From: Deltaproteobacteria bacterium
GTDB lineage: Bacteria > Desulfobacterota > GWC2-55-46 > JAJCZF01
Direction of reading: 5' to 3'
Assembly: GCA_029262475.1 (NCBI GenBank)
Contig: JAJCZG010000019.1
Span: forward strand, 5,789-69,788
DNA: 64,000 nucleotides
Below, in pieces: positions 10,568-21,002 of the stretch; within the stretch, counting starts at the first letter, position 1; the number at the start of each line of letters is the position of its first letter. A model generated the notes under the pieces. It was not told the origin of the DNA. It ran no database searches and saw only the letters and a list, made by a program, of their open reading frames with translations. The translations under genes were made by a program, and so were the position numbers.

Positions 10568-11482
10568 ATGGACGGAATACTTGTAATTGATAAACCTTGC
10601 GGCATGACCTCGCACGACGTTGTGGCCATTGTAAAGAGACGCCTTCGGGCACAGCGCGTGGGGCATCTAGGCACACTCGACCCGAATGCTACCGGCGTAC
10701 TGCCTCTGGTCATTAACCGCGCCACCAAGAGCGCGCGTTTTCTGGAGGGTGGCATTAAGGGTTATAGCGCTACGGCGAAGCTCGGAGAAGAGACAGATAC
10801 CTTCGACGTAGACGGTACTGTAACGGAGAGCCGCTCCACAGAGGACGTAACGCCCGAGGCGATAAAGTCTGTGCTTGCTTCTTTCATCGGAAAGATTTCG
10901 CAACTCCCGCCGATGTACAGCGCGGTGAAGCGAAAGGGCGTGCCGCTTTATAAGCTCGCCAGGAAAGGGATTGTAGTCGAACGCGAGCCCAAGGATGTGG
11001 AAATCTTCTCTGTAGATGTCGAGGAGATAGACCTTCCCCTCCTGCGTTTTAGCGTGACATGCTCGCGCGGCACCTATATAAGAACGCTTTGTCATGATAT
11101 GGGCATCACCCTTGGCTGTGGAGCTCACCTTACGGGGCTTAAGCGCACTATAAGCGGCGCCTTTACAATCGAAGACGCCATCTCACTCGACAGCTCTCCG
11201 GAGGATATGAAGGCCGCCATTATTAGCGTCGAGGATGGGATTAATAAATCCTTCAAGGGGCTTCAAATAACGTCGTCCGAGGCGGAGAGAATACAAAAGG
11301 GCGCGACACTCCTTGGCATTGAAGAATCCGCTTCCCTAAGCGAATCGGAGATGGTAAGGTTTGTATATTCAAATAGACTCGTAGCCTTGGCTGAGTTCAA
11401 GGGCGAGGGAATTTTTAAGATCGTAAAGTCGTTTCACTCTACGCAGCGACAGAAGATAAATAAGGTATTCGCAGTACAGTAA
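10568..11482 (+). CDS. truB: tRNA pseudouridine-55 synthase TruB
   Basis: [33 protein letters not shown], and [16 protein letters not shown]. Confidence 0.95.
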   Translation: MDGILVIDKPCGMTSHDVVAIVKRRLRAQRVGHLGTLDPNATGVLPLVINRATKSARFLEGGIKGYSATAKLGEETDTFDVDGTVTESRSTEDVTPEAIKSVLASFIGKISQLPPMYSAVKRKGVPLYKLARKGIVVEREPKDVEIFSVDVEEIDLPLLRFSVTCSRGTYIRTLCHDMGITLGCGAHLTGLKRTISGAFTIEDAISLDSSPEDMKAAIISVEDGINKSFKGLQITSSEAERIQKGATLLGIEESASLSESEMVRFVYSNRLVALAEFKGEGIFKIVKSFHSTQRQKINKVFAVQ

Positions 11483-11511
11483 TCAATCAATTTTTTAAGG
11501 AGGTGAAGGAA

Positions 11512-11778
11512 GTGCTTAGAGCTGAAAGGAAAGAAGAGATAATAACGGATCATAAGCTTCATGACAAGGACACTGGCTCACCGGAGGTGCAGGTCGCACT
11601 CCTGAGCGAGAGGATCACGGAGCTTACCGGGCATTTCAAGGTCCACAAAGGCGATCACCATTCCAGGAGGGGACTCCTTAAGATGGTCGGCCATAGGAGA
11701 AGGCTCCTCGATTACGTGAAGCGTAAGGACGTGAATCGTTACAAGGAGCTCATTAAGACCCTCGGCCTCAGGAGGTAA
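11512..11778 (+). CDS. rpsO: 30S ribosomal protein S15
   Basis: [49 protein letters not shown] prefer the GTG at 11512 because it lies 8 nt after AAGGAGG. The ORF track starts at the GTG at 11503, which overlaps the RBS. Confidence 0.94.
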   Translation: MLRAERKEEIITDHKLHDKDTGSPEVQVALLSERITELTGHFKVHKGDHHSRRGLLKMVGHRRRLLDYVKRKDVNRYKELIKTLGLRR

Positions 11779-12007
11779 GAGGGCGGGTCTAACTGTAGGC
11801 AAGGATACACTCCTAATATACTATTATCCGTAGTTTTAAGGCCTTTTTCAGAGTTCTGATCACTTCCGTTTCGCCGTGATTTAGCGCTTGAGGGTTAATG
11901 GATACAATGAGGGGGGTATCAAGGGAAAAGTCCATTAATTTCAAGTTTGTTTAATCAGGCAAGGCATTTTAATTTTTGCCGGAAATAGTCAGGAGAAAGT
12001 AACCAGG

Positions 12008-14107
12008 ATGCATAAAACATATGAAGTGGAATTTGGCGGGAGACCCCTCCGGATAGAGACGGGCCGGATGGCCAAGCAGGCGCACGGCTCGTGTACTTTA
12101 ACATACGGCGACACCGTGGTCCTCGTCACCGCATGCAGGCAGGACGACCCGGTACTCGGGGCTGACTTTATGCCGCTTACGGTCAACTATCAGGAGATGA
12201 CATACGCCGCAGGTAAAATACCAGGCGGCTTCTTTAAGCGTGAGGGAAGACCTACCGAGAAGGAGGTTCTCTGTTCAAGGCTCATCGACAGGCAGTTAAG
12301 GCCGCTCTTTGCAGATGGCTACGCAACGGAGACCCAGGTCATCGCTACGGTCATGAGCTTAGATAGCGAGAACGAGCCGGAAGTGCTCGGCGCAATAGGC
12401 GCTTCAATCGCTCTCGGTATTTCGGATATCCCATTTGAGGGACCGACCGCAGCCGTACGCGTTGGCAGGATAGACGGAGAGTTCGTCGCTAACCCCAGCA
12501 TGGAGGGGATGCTTGATAGTGATATCGATGTTATCGTTGCCGCTTCCGAGAACGGAATCGCCATGGTCGAGGGCGGAGCGCTCTTCGCTAGCGAAGAAGA
12601 TATGGTAGATGCCCTCTTATTTGCCGAAGCCGAGATGAAGCCAATCCTCGCCAAGCAAAATGAGATTATCGCCGATATAGGTATCGAAAAGCTCGTACCC
12701 GTTGTAGTAGAGGCCGATCAGGCTCTCGTAGCCAGGGTAAACGATGTTGCTACGCCAAGGCTAACCGAGGCTCTCGCCTTAGTCGAGAAGCTCCCGAGGT
12801 ACGCAAGGCTTAAAGTAGTAAAAAAAGAAGTAAAGGCCGAGCTCGCTGAAGAGTTCGAAGGACGCGACTCCGAGGTAAGTGCTGCATTTGGAAATCTCAA
12901 GGCCTCTATCATGAGGACCGCCATCGTGGACGAGGGCAAGCGTGTTGACGGCAGAGACTTGACGACCGTAAGGCCCATTACCTGCGACGTAGGCGTTCTC
13001 CCGAGGACGCACGGCTCTTCTCTCTTCACAAGGGGCGAGACACAGGCGATGGTTATCGCCACACTCGGCACCTCGGAGGACGAGCAGAGGATCGACTCTC
13101 TGCTCGGATGGAAGGCCAAGAAGTTCATGCTTCACTATAACTTCCCGCCGTTCTGTGTCGGAGAGGCCAAGTTCTTAAGGGGCCCCGGCAGGAGAGAGGT
13201 CGGTCACGGCGCTCTCGCCGAGAGGGCTGTACTAAAGGTACTCCCTGGCGGCGAAGACTTCCCATATACCGTAAGGATCGTCTCCGATATTCTCGAATCC
13301 AACGGCTCTTCGTCGATGGCTAGCATATGCGGAGCCTCGCTCTCGCTCATGGACGCAGGCGTGCCGATTAAAGAACACGTTGCCGGTATCGCAATGGGGC
13401 TGATAAAAGAGGGCGATAAGATTGCCATCCTCTCCGATATCCTCGGCGACGAAGACCACATAGGAGACATGGACTTCAAGGTCGCCGGTACGGCGTCAGG
13501 AGTAACCGCTCTTCAGATGGATATTAAGGTAGACGGCGTAACGGCGGAGGTTCTAAGAGACGCCCTTCACCAGGCGAAGGAGGGAAGGCTCCATATCCTA
13601 TCCGAGATGAGCTCGTCGATAGCTACCCCGAGGGACGATATCTCCGAGTTCGCACCGAGGATCACCACCATTCAGGTAAAGCAGGAGAAGATCAAGGATA
13701 TCATCGGCCCGGGCGGCAAGGTCATAAAGGGCATAGTCGCCGAGACCGGAGCGAAGATAAATATCGACGACGACGGTATAGTAACGATAGCCTCCTCCGA
13801 TGAGGCTGCGACAAGGGCCGCCATCGAGATAATAAAGGATATCACCAGAGAGCCGGAACTTAATAAGCTCTACCTCGGCACCGTCAGGAAGATAATGGAT
13901 TTTGGCGCCTTCATCGAGATATTCCCCGGAACCGACGGGCTTTGTCACATCTCGATGCTCGCCAAGGAGAGGGTGGGGGATGTACGCGATATCCTCTCGG
14001 AGGGCGACGAGGTGCTTGTCAAGGTCATAGGTATAGAGAGGGACGGAAAGATACGTCTTTCACGCAAAGACGCCCTCGGAGAGAAGCTTCCGGAGATAGG
14101 GGAGTAG
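12008..14107 (+). CDS. pnp: polyribonucleotide nucleotidyltransferase (PNPase)
   Basis: Two RNase PH domains plus KH and S1 domains. FPPFCVGE and EDHIGDMDFKVAGT motifs. 699 aa. Confidence 0.97.
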   Translation: MHKTYEVEFGGRPLRIETGRMAKQAHGSCTLTYGDTVVLVTACRQDDPVLGADFMPLTVNYQEMTYAAGKIPGGFFKREGRPTEKEVLCSRLIDRQLRPLFADGYATETQVIATVMSLDSENEPEVLGAIGASIALGISDIPFEGPTAAVRVGRIDGEFVANPSMEGMLDSDIDVIVAASENGIAMVEGGALFASEEDMVDALLFAEAEMKPILAKQNEIIADIGIEKLVPVVVEADQALVARVNDVATPRLTEALALVEKLPRYARLKVVKKEVKAELAEEFEGRDSEVSAAFGNLKASIMRTAIVDEGKRVDGRDLTTVRPITCDVGVLPRTHGSSLFTRGETQAMVIATLGTSEDEQRIDSLLGWKAKKFMLHYNFPPFCVGEAKFLRGPGRREVGHGALAERAVLKVLPGGEDFPYTVRIVSDILESNGSSSMASICGASLSLMDAGVPIKEHVAGIAMGLIKEGDKIAILSDILGDEDHIGDMDFKVAGTASGVTALQMDIKVDGVTAEVLRDALHQAKEGRLHILSEMSSSIATPRDDISEFAPRITTIQVKQEKIKDIIGPGGKVIKGIVAETGAKINIDDDGIVTIASSDEAATRAAIEIIKDITREPELNKLYLGTVRKIMDFGAFIEIFPGTDGLCHISMLAKERVGDVRDILSEGDEVLVKVIGIERDGKIRLSRKDALGEKLPEIGE

Positions 14108-14129
14108 CTCTTTATAGTAATATCAGTAT

Positions 14130-14177
14130 AATTCACCGCACCGCATTGCCCCTTCGGACAGTACGGTGCGGTGAATT
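14130..14177 (+). terminator. long perfect hairpin immediately 3' of pnp (terminator or 3'-end protection structure)
   Basis: 14-bp perfect stem aattcaccgcaccg/cggtgcggtgaatt with a 20-nt loop. There is only a weak T-tract after it. Confidence 0.5.
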
Positions 14178-14213
14178 TCTATTAACCGGTTCACTCGTAA
14201 ATTTGGATGGTTT

Positions 14214-15473
14214 ATGTCACGAGTCCGCAAAAGTCTTCTAGGTAACGGTATAAGGGTCATCACGGAAGAGATGGCCGACGTGGAGAGCGCTACCATTGGC
14301 GTCTGGGTCAAGACCGGTTCCCGAAACGAAACCGCCCGCATCGGCGGTATCTCCCATTTCATAGAACATATGCTCTTTAAGGGCACCTCCAACAGGAACG
14401 CACTTGATATCGCAAGAGAGATAGAGAGCGTCGGGGGCGTGCTAAATGCCTTTACCGGCAGGGAGTATACCTGTTTTTACGCGAAAATCCTCTCCAAAGA
14501 CCTCCCTATTGCCGCCGACTTACTCTCCGATATGTTTTTGAACTCACTCTTTAACACTGAGGAATTGGAGAGAGAAAAGGGGGTCGTGCTTCAGGAGATA
14601 AAGATGGTCGAGGATACCCCGGACGACATCATCCACGACATCTTCTCCGAGACATTCTGGAAGGACTCCGCTATGGGTCGCTCCGTCCTTGGCACAAGGG
14701 CTTCTGTAAAGGCGCTTAAGCGTACGGATATAAAATCCTATATGAGGTCTCGCTACAACCCGGCCTCGGTATTTATAACCGTCGCCGGGGGGCTAAAGCA
14801 CGCCCCTCTCGTAAAGCGTCTCGAAGAGAGTTTTGGCACTCTAAAGGAACGCGGAGAGTGGAAGCTCCCGAAGAGCCCCTCTACCTCCACTGGCGTAAAG
14901 ATTGTAAAAAAAGACCTCGAACAGGTCCACCTCTGTCTCGGCGTAGAGACCGGCCCACAGAGCGACCCGGAGCGTTACCAGCTCTATCTCCTCAATATGA
15001 TCCTCGGCGGGGGTATGAGCTCAAGGCTCTTCCAGGAGATAAGGGAGAAGCGCGGGCTGGCGTATTCCGTCTACTCATATCTTAACCTCTGCTTTGATAC
15101 AGGCTCTCTTGTCGTCTACGCCGGAAGCTCAGCTGAGAGCTTTAAAGAGGTGCTCGATCTGACTCTCAAGGAGTTCCAGGGGATCGAGACGCTTACGGAA
15201 GCCGAACTGAGCGACGCAAAGAATCATCTGAAGGGGTCGATGATACTCGGCTTAGAGGCAACCGACAGCAGGATGATTAAGATGGCCAAAAATGAGATAT
15301 ACTTTGGCCGCACCATTAAGGTTCATGAGATGATGAAGGCTATTGACAGGGTCAAGGTGAGTGACATTAAGAGTGTCGCCGGGAGGCTTTTAAGGCCAGA
15401 GCGCACAACCCTTGCGGCCATCGGTAATGTGAAGAAGAGCGGTCTTCCAAAGCAGCTTAAGGGCGGAAGATAA
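14214..15473 (+). CDS. M16-family zinc peptidase (insulinase/pitrilysin-like)
   Basis: HFIEH (HxxEH) zinc motif, then LFKGT and the EREKGVVLQEI block. 419 aa. Confidence 0.86.
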   Translation: MSRVRKSLLGNGIRVITEEMADVESATIGVWVKTGSRNETARIGGISHFIEHMLFKGTSNRNALDIAREIESVGGVLNAFTGREYTCFYAKILSKDLPIAADLLSDMFLNSLFNTEELEREKGVVLQEIKMVEDTPDDIIHDIFSETFWKDSAMGRSVLGTRASVKALKRTDIKSYMRSRYNPASVFITVAGGLKHAPLVKRLEESFGTLKERGEWKLPKSPSTSTGVKIVKKDLEQVHLCLGVETGPQSDPERYQLYLLNMILGGGMSSRLFQEIREKRGLAYSVYSYLNLCFDTGSLVVYAGSSAESFKEVLDLTLKEFQGIETLTEAELSDAKNHLKGSMILGLEATDSRMIKMAKNEIYFGRTIKVHEMMKAIDRVKVSDIKSVAGRLLRPERTTLAAIGNVKKSGLPKQLKGGR

Positions 15474-15507
15474 CAGGCTCCGGCCCTGTTACGGAGGTGT
15501 TTTAGTT

Positions 15508-16179
15508 ATGAGGATACTTGTAATTGAAGACGAGAAGAAGGTAGCGGCCTTTATAAAACGGGGGCTCGAACAGGAGAGCTACGCCGTTGATATCGTCCAT
15601 GACGGCATTCAGGGCATTGATTACGCTGAGACGGATAATTACGATGCCATCATTCTTGATGTTATGCTCCCCGGAAAGAACGGTTTTGATGTCCTGGCCG
15701 AGATTAAAGAGAAGAACGTCAGCGCCCCGGTGCTGCTCCTCACCGCAAGGGATTCGGTGGACGACAGGGTCAAGGGGCTCGATACCGGCGCCGATGATTA
15801 CCTGACAAAACCATTCGCCTTTGAGGAGCTAATCGCAAGGCTAAGGGTTCTTATGAGAAGGGGCGGCTACGGTCTGCCGATACTAAAGTTCGCAGATCTC
15901 TCCCTCGACCCCGCGAGCAGGAAGGCAAAGCGCGGGGATAATGATATTGAGCTCACCGTTAAGGAGTACGCGCTCCTCGAATATATGCTCAGGAACCCGG
16001 GCAGGGTGCTTACAAGGACCATAATCGCCGAACACGTCTGGGATCAGAGCTTCGATAGCGAGACGAACGTCGTTGACGTCTACATAAACCACCTGCGCTC
16101 CAAGGTGGATAAGGGCTTTGATCTAAAGCTCATACATACCGTGCGCGGCGTTGGCTACGTGCTTAAAGACGACGAGTAA
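15508..16179 (+). CDS. OmpR/PhoB-family response regulator with no cognate kinase adjacent
   Basis: Receiver domain (ILVIEDE, the phospho-acceptor in IILDVMLPG, and LLTARD) plus a winged-helix domain (LTVKEYALLEYM, IHTVRGVGY). Confidence 0.92.
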   Translation: MRILVIEDEKKVAAFIKRGLEQESYAVDIVHDGIQGIDYAETDNYDAIILDVMLPGKNGFDVLAEIKEKNVSAPVLLLTARDSVDDRVKGLDTGADDYLTKPFAFEELIARLRVLMRRGGYGLPILKFADLSLDPASRKAKRGDNDIELTVKEYALLEYMLRNPGRVLTRTIIAEHVWDQSFDSETNVVDVYINHLRSKVDKGFDLKLIHTVRGVGYVLKDDE

Positions 16180-16396
16180 GGGTTTTTCCTCCCGGCCGCG
16201 ATGCAGGCCAAAATATAACTCACATCATACGTAAGAAAGCCTCAATCCTCTAAGTAGAGGTACTTCCCTAAATATTTTAAGATGGAATTACTATAACGCT
16301 ATGATTGCGAATGGAGAATCTTTGCCTTCGACTGGGAGTGTGCCGGGAGGGTTTCGTACTTCGTCGGCTGCGCCGTGGTACGGAAACGGTAAAATC

Positions 16397-16750
16397 TTAC
16401 TCAGGTGAAACCTCTTTGAATCTGTAGCTACCGACCTTGCCTTCACGGATGGTCACTTCCAGAACCTTCTCCGTCACCTGAGAGTTCCGTCTATTCTCTA
16501 CGAGACCGAATACATAGATAGGCACCGACGTCTCAGTATACCTGTAGACGAGCACCTCGCTCGCTAGAACCGTTACGACCTCGCTTGGCTCTCCGAAGAC
16601 GTTTATGATCTCCTGCTTCGTTGTAATGCCGGTCTTTATGGAGCCCATGAGGGCTTCGTCTATCTGGCGTCCCTCGCGGGTGACTTCGTGCATGGGCGCG
16701 CAGCCTGATAAGAGTAGAGCCGCAGTCAGGATGAAAAGAAGTTTCCTCAA
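16397..16750 (-). CDS. small lipoprotein, BamE/SmpA_OmlA-like
   Basis: Lipobox LLLSGC. GITTKQEIINVFGEPSEV resembles the BamE fold signature. 117 aa. It lies 13 nt downstream of the GGDEF gene. Confidence 0.5.
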   Translation of the reverse strand: MRKLLFILTAALLLSGCAPMHEVTREGRQIDEALMGSIKTGITTKQEIINVFGEPSEVVTVLASEVLVYRYTETSVPIYVFGLVENRRNSQVTEKVLEVTIREGKVGSYRFKEVSPE

Positions 16751-16762
16751 CCGTATCCTCCT

Positions 16763-17893
16763 TTATAGGAAAATTTTGCTGTTTTCGTCGCTGGAATTGT
16801 GGGCGGCCACGCCGTTTCTGGACTGGTTCTTTATGCTGTACATAGCCTTGTCGGTTACGTGAAGGAGCATGAGCTTGCTGGTTGCGTCCTCGGGGAATGT
16901 GCCGACGCCGAAGCTCGCCGTGATGCGGCAGTCAAGGCCGCTGTTCCTGAGAAACCTGGTCTTCTTTATGAGGACACGCAAGCGTTCGGCAACGAAGATG
17001 GCGCTCTTCTTGGAGGTCTCCGGCATGAGTATTACGAACTCGTCGCCACCGTACCGGCATGCGATATCTACCGTTCTCAGGGAGTTCTTCAAGAGTTCGC
17101 CGACCTCTTTTAAGAGGGTGCTTCCGTATACGTGTCCGTAGCGGTCGTTTATCTCCTTAAAGAAGTCAAGGTCCATAAAGATCATGGAGAGGTTATTGTC
17201 GTAGCGTTTGGCCTTCTTGAGTTCGTACTCAAGTGTGCTGTGAAAGAATCTGGCGTTATGGAGGAGCGTCAGGTCGTCGGTGATGGTGAGGTTCTGGACC
17301 TTCTTAAAGAGCATCGCATTTTCGATGGCTATGGCCGTGTAGTCGGCTATAGTCGTCAAGAGGTGCATATCATCGCTATTCTGGAGGTGTCCGTCCTCGA
17401 CGTTATAGAGCTCTATTACGCCGAGGGTCTTGCCCTTGGTCTTTAGCGGAACGCAGACGATAGGACCGGTTACGAAGCTATAGAGGGTGTCTATCTCAGC
17501 GGCGAAGCGCGGGTCTTCTTTAACATCCGGCACTATGAGCGGCACGCCCTGGTTGACGACGTAGCCGGCTATACCCTCGCCGAGCTTCGGCCTTAAACCC
17601 CTGATCTTCTCGGAGTCCTCTCCTACGACTATCTCGTACTTCAAGTCTCCGTTGATTTCGTCTATGAGAAGAAGGGACCAGTCCTTCGGGTTGAAGAGTT
17701 CGCTTACCTTCTCAAGGACTATCGCAAGAACCTCCTTAAGGTCCAGAGACGAGATTAACGCCTTGCCGATATCGCTGAATGTGTCGAGCCCAACGGTCTC
17801 TGTGTCTAGTTTGCCAGCGCCTGCTACAGTCTTAACGGCTCTAACCGGAGAAGCAGGCTTCTTATCGGTCGATCTTCGCCTATTGTCTTTCAT
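16763..17893 (-). CDS. GAF-domain diguanylate cyclase (GGDEF) with an intact I-site
   Basis: RTVDIACRYGGDEF has the RxxD site 5 residues before GGDEF. A GAF-like region covers roughly residues 45-200. Confidence 0.9.
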   Translation of the reverse strand: MKDNRRRSTDKKPASPVRAVKTVAGAGKLDTETVGLDTFSDIGKALISSLDLKEVLAIVLEKVSELFNPKDWSLLLIDEINGDLKYEIVVGEDSEKIRGLRPKLGEGIAGYVVNQGVPLIVPDVKEDPRFAAEIDTLYSFVTGPIVCVPLKTKGKTLGVIELYNVEDGHLQNSDDMHLLTTIADYTAIAIENAMLFKKVQNLTITDDLTLLHNARFFHSTLEYELKKAKRYDNNLSMIFMDLDFFKEINDRYGHVYGSTLLKEVGELLKNSLRTVDIACRYGGDEFVILMPETSKKSAIFVAERLRVLIKKTRFLRNSGLDCRITASFGVGTFPEDATSKLMLLHVTDKAMYSIKNQSRNGVAAHNSSDENSKIFL

Positions 17894-17899
17894 CCAAAA

Positions 17900-17928
17900 A
17901 TAATAACCTATAATACATTAAAAATCAA
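17900..17928 (-). promoter_or_regulatory. candidate minus-strand promoter, TTGATT-N17-TATTAT, ending about 7 nt from the GGDEF ATG
   Basis: Hexamers read on the reverse complement. There is no SD sequence before the ATG at 17893, so a leaderless transcript is possible. Confidence 0.3.
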
Positions 17929-17963
17929 GCTATAGCGGACTTACCCCTCATCTTATATTAACT

Positions 17964-18826
17964 TTAAGTAGCGGCCTCAAAATCCTTTAACGTGCCCCTG
18001 AGCTTAGCGGTTACCGGCCCGGGCGAGCCATCTCCTATGCTATTACCGTTTACGGAGATGAGCGGGAGAGGGCCTGTGATAGAATTTGAAATAAACGCCT
18101 CATCCGCGTTATAGAGATCAGTAAGGCTGACTTCTTCCTCAGTTACTCGGATGGAGAGTTTATTTGCAAATATTATCAGTAACTTACGCATGATACCGGG
18201 TAGTATAAGACCGTTGGCTGGAGGTGTTCTTAGAAGGCCGTCTTTTACGATAAAGAGATTTGACGCTGTCCCTTCCCGCACGATGGAACGCTCATCGGTG
18301 ACAATGGCCTCGTAGGCCCCGGCGGCTTCCGCCTCCATCATAGCCATGACGTTAGGGAGGTAGTTAAGTGTCTTGTGACTTGCAAAAGCACTTGCAGAAG
18401 TCTTAACATTTATTGCCGTAACGCCCCTGTAAGCGAGCCCGTCGAGATACTTATCGTCTAGTGCGGAGGATGTGATGATAAGCGTACCATCTGCGGCAGG
18501 GTCTGGCCTGTGACCGGTAAAGGAGACGCCCCTCGTCAGTACTATCTTAACTCGCGCGCTACCCTCGCCGAGGCCGTTTAGGCTGGTGAGCTCTTCCACC
18601 GCTTCGCCTATCCTTGATGGCTCGCCGAGATGAGACGAGCGGATGGAGAGGGCCAGGGCCGAGCTCTTTAGGCGCTCCATGTGTTCGCCGAAGTTTACCG
18701 GGCGGCCTCCTACGGCCTTGATCGTCTCGAATAGCCCGTCCCCGTAATTAAGTCCCCGGTCGAATACGGATACTGCCGCATCCTTGTCCGCAACGATTTT
18801 TCCGTTTATATAGACCTTACCCGTCA
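17964..18826 (-). CDS. pabC: aminodeoxychorismate lyase / class IV (fold-type IV PLP) aminotransferase
   Basis: VFDRGLNYGDGLFETI and the NLFIVKDGLLRTPP block. I prefer the TTG at 18826, which overlaps the pabB stop by 10 nt. The ORF is open up to 18869. Confidence 0.72.
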
Positions 18827-20238
18827 AGGTTCTTTTCCGTTTCTTTGGTAATAAAATTAAAGAAATCACCGGCTTTGAGCACTGTTTCGTCGTACTCCTC
18901 CTCCGGGTTAGAGTCGGCGACTATGCCGCTCCCCACGCTCAGGCTAAGATCGTCTTCGGTGTGGACTGCGGTGCGTATCGCCATCGATAGATCGATATCT
19001 CCGGAGAGGTCCACCCACCCGATAGCGCCGGTATAGATGCCTCGCTTACCGGCTTCGAGCTCGTCGATTATCTCGACGGCCCTTATCTTCGGGGCGCCCG
19101 TTATGGAGCCGCCGGGGAAGAAGCTCTTAAGGCACTCTGCGGCGTTAAACCCCTTACGGATTCGCCCGCAGATAGTGGAGACCATATGGTGGAGCCCCGG
19201 CAGGGTCTCGATGCGCTCAAAGCTCAGTACCTTTACGGAGCCCGTCTCGGAGAATTTGCCGATGTCGCTGCGTTCGAGATCGACTATCATGACATGTTCG
19301 GCGCGCTCCTTTGCGCTCTCGCTCAGTTCGTTAACGAGATGGCGGTCCTCTATACCGTCTCTTCCCCTCGGCCTCGTGCCCTTGATCGGCTCTGTCCAGG
19401 CATACTCGCCCTCGATTCTAAGGAGCCTCTCCGGGGTGTTGGATATTATCCTGAGCTCGCAAAAATCCATATAAGAGCTAAACGGCGCTGGCCTCTCCTT
19501 TAAGATTGCCGAGTAGAGGGCAAAGGGGTCTCCTTCGAAAGCGGCCCTGTAGTTCTGCGATATGTTGATCTGATATATATCGCCAGCTGAGATATATTCC
19601 TTGGCGCGCCTTACCCGGTCGATATACTCTTCCCTCGTTAGGTTTGCCGACGGGGCGGATATCCTAAATAGCGGCTCCGTACTCGCTTTTTCAGACGTTG
19701 CCTTATCTCTTGCGGTACTAATGGCGCTTTTAACGGCCAAAACGCGCGCCAGGCTCCCGTTATCCCCGGAAGAGACAATGGAGACGGTATTCTCACTATG
19801 ATCAACAACGATTACGGGGTCGTAGAGGGCGAGGATGGCCGCCGGGAGGCCGCCGGTTTTAACGGATGCGGAGACGTCCTTTAACGGAAGCGTAATATTT
19901 TTTAGATCGTAGGAGAAGTAGCCGACGGCCCCGCCGGAGAACGGGTAAGGGCCCGGAGCTCGCTTCTTCTCTTTTAATATATTCGAGAGCGCGGCGAAGG
20001 GGTCTTTGGTCTCTATTACTTCCTGGGCCGTTACTGAAATGCCTTCGGTGCCCGGAGTGGCGTTAAAGGACTCGCCTGCGTTGCCGCTCCTGATAACGAG
20101 GTAAGGGTCGCATCCAATGTATGAGTACCCCGAGTCGCCGAAGCCGAATGCGCCGGTGAGTATAAAAGGGGCCGTAAACCCCCTTATCGCCGAGAAAATC
20201 TCAAGCGGATCGGCTGTGTCGATTGTTTCTATCTTCAT
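18817..20238 (-). CDS. pabB: aminodeoxychorismate synthase component I (chorismate-binding enzyme family)
   Basis: PGGSITGAPKIRAVEII, RGIYTGAIGW and the SVGSGIVADS block. I prefer the ATG at 20238 (MKIETID...). The upstream TTG at 20265 lies in AT-rich foreign-looking sequence. Confidence 0.82.
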   Translation of the reverse strand: MKIETIDTADPLEIFSAIRGFTAPFILTGAFGFGDSGYSYIGCDPYLVIRSGNAGESFNATPGTEGISVTAQEVIETKDPFAALSNILKEKKRAPGPYPFSGGAVGYFSYDLKNITLPLKDVSASVKTGGLPAAILALYDPVIVVDHSENTVSIVSSGDNGSLARVLAVKSAISTARDKATSEKASTEPLFRISAPSANLTREEYIDRVRRAKEYISAGDIYQINISQNYRAAFEGDPFALYSAILKERPAPFSSYMDFCELRIISNTPERLLRIEGEYAWTEPIKGTRPRGRDGIEDRHLVNELSESAKERAEHVMIVDLERSDIGKFSETGSVKVLSFERIETLPGLHHMVSTICGRIRKGFNAAECLKSFFPGGSITGAPKIRAVEIIDELEAGKRGIYTGAIGWVDLSGDIDLSMAIRTAVHTEDDLSLSVGSGIVADSNPEEEYDETVLKAGDFFNFITKETEKNLDG

Positions 20239-21002
20239 TAATTTTTCTTTTTCTCCATCTGACAAATATACTTTTTCATCTTCTCCAGAAAGTTTGGATC
20301 GTATTTATCATTCACATGGTTCGAATTCCATAGCCTTGATTTTTGCACTTTCTTCCTACTACTATGTTGACCGAGCCAGCCACAAGACTGCCGATCAAGG
20401 ACTTCTTTGTCTTTTTTGCCATAGTTACTTAGAAGTGCAATAGCGTTTCGCTCGATATAGCCACGGTCACTCTCTTTGCCGGGCTCGTCATTTACGACAA
20501 GCCAGAGAAAAGGTATCTTGCCTATTACTTTGCTGACGTCCCTTTCCAAAGGGAGCTCGCGCTCCCTGTCTTCTTTGGATATAGGCTTATGCTCCCAGGT
20601 AGGGTATTCAAGATTATCTCTATTAATCAAAGCATCGCCAATAAGCCGTCTAAAGACTGATGCGCGATGGTTGCCTCCACCACTAAGGTTTCCCTTACTA
20701 CTGTTCCCCTTGGTCTGGCGAAAACGATTACACAGTGCTTTGCTGGTGCCGACCCGTACAATGCGCGGGCCTTCTCCTGTATCGCGCTGGTTCTCACTAT
20801 TTTCTTGAAAAAAATATACACCCATGTTTTGTTTTGGATCTACTCTATCTGACCAACCCATAGGACTTGGACACTTCATATGCCCGGGGCACTTTTTTCG
20901 CCCTAGGCATTCCGATAGCTTGTGTGCCCCTCCGATGATTATTTTAATTTCAGCTATAAGCTTGTAGAACTTTTTTAAGTCAGATAATCGGTCATCTTTC
21001 AT
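20238..21002 (-). CDS. low-GC orphan protein, GIY-YIG-nuclease-like (tentative)
   Basis: GVYFF...RIVRVGTS, then GGGNHRASVFRRLIGDAL and YIERNAIALLSNY. An upstream Cys/His knuckle reads ECLGRKKCPGHMKCP. The stop TAA overlaps the pabB ATG as TAATG. The ATG at 21002 follows a GGAG; alternative GTG/ATG starts are at 21029 and 21026. Confidence 0.5.
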   Translation of the reverse strand: MKDDRLSDLKKFYKLIAEIKIIIGGAHKLSECLGRKKCPGHMKCPSPMGWSDRVDPKQNMGVYFFQENSENQRDTGEGPRIVRVGTSKALCNRFRQTKGNSSKGNLSGGGNHRASVFRRLIGDALINRDNLEYPTWEHKPISKEDRERELPLERDVSKVIGKIPFLWLVVNDEPGKESDRGYIERNAIALLSNYGKKDKEVLDRQSCGWLGQHSSRKKVQKSRLWNSNHVNDKYDPNFLEKMKKYICQMEKKKN

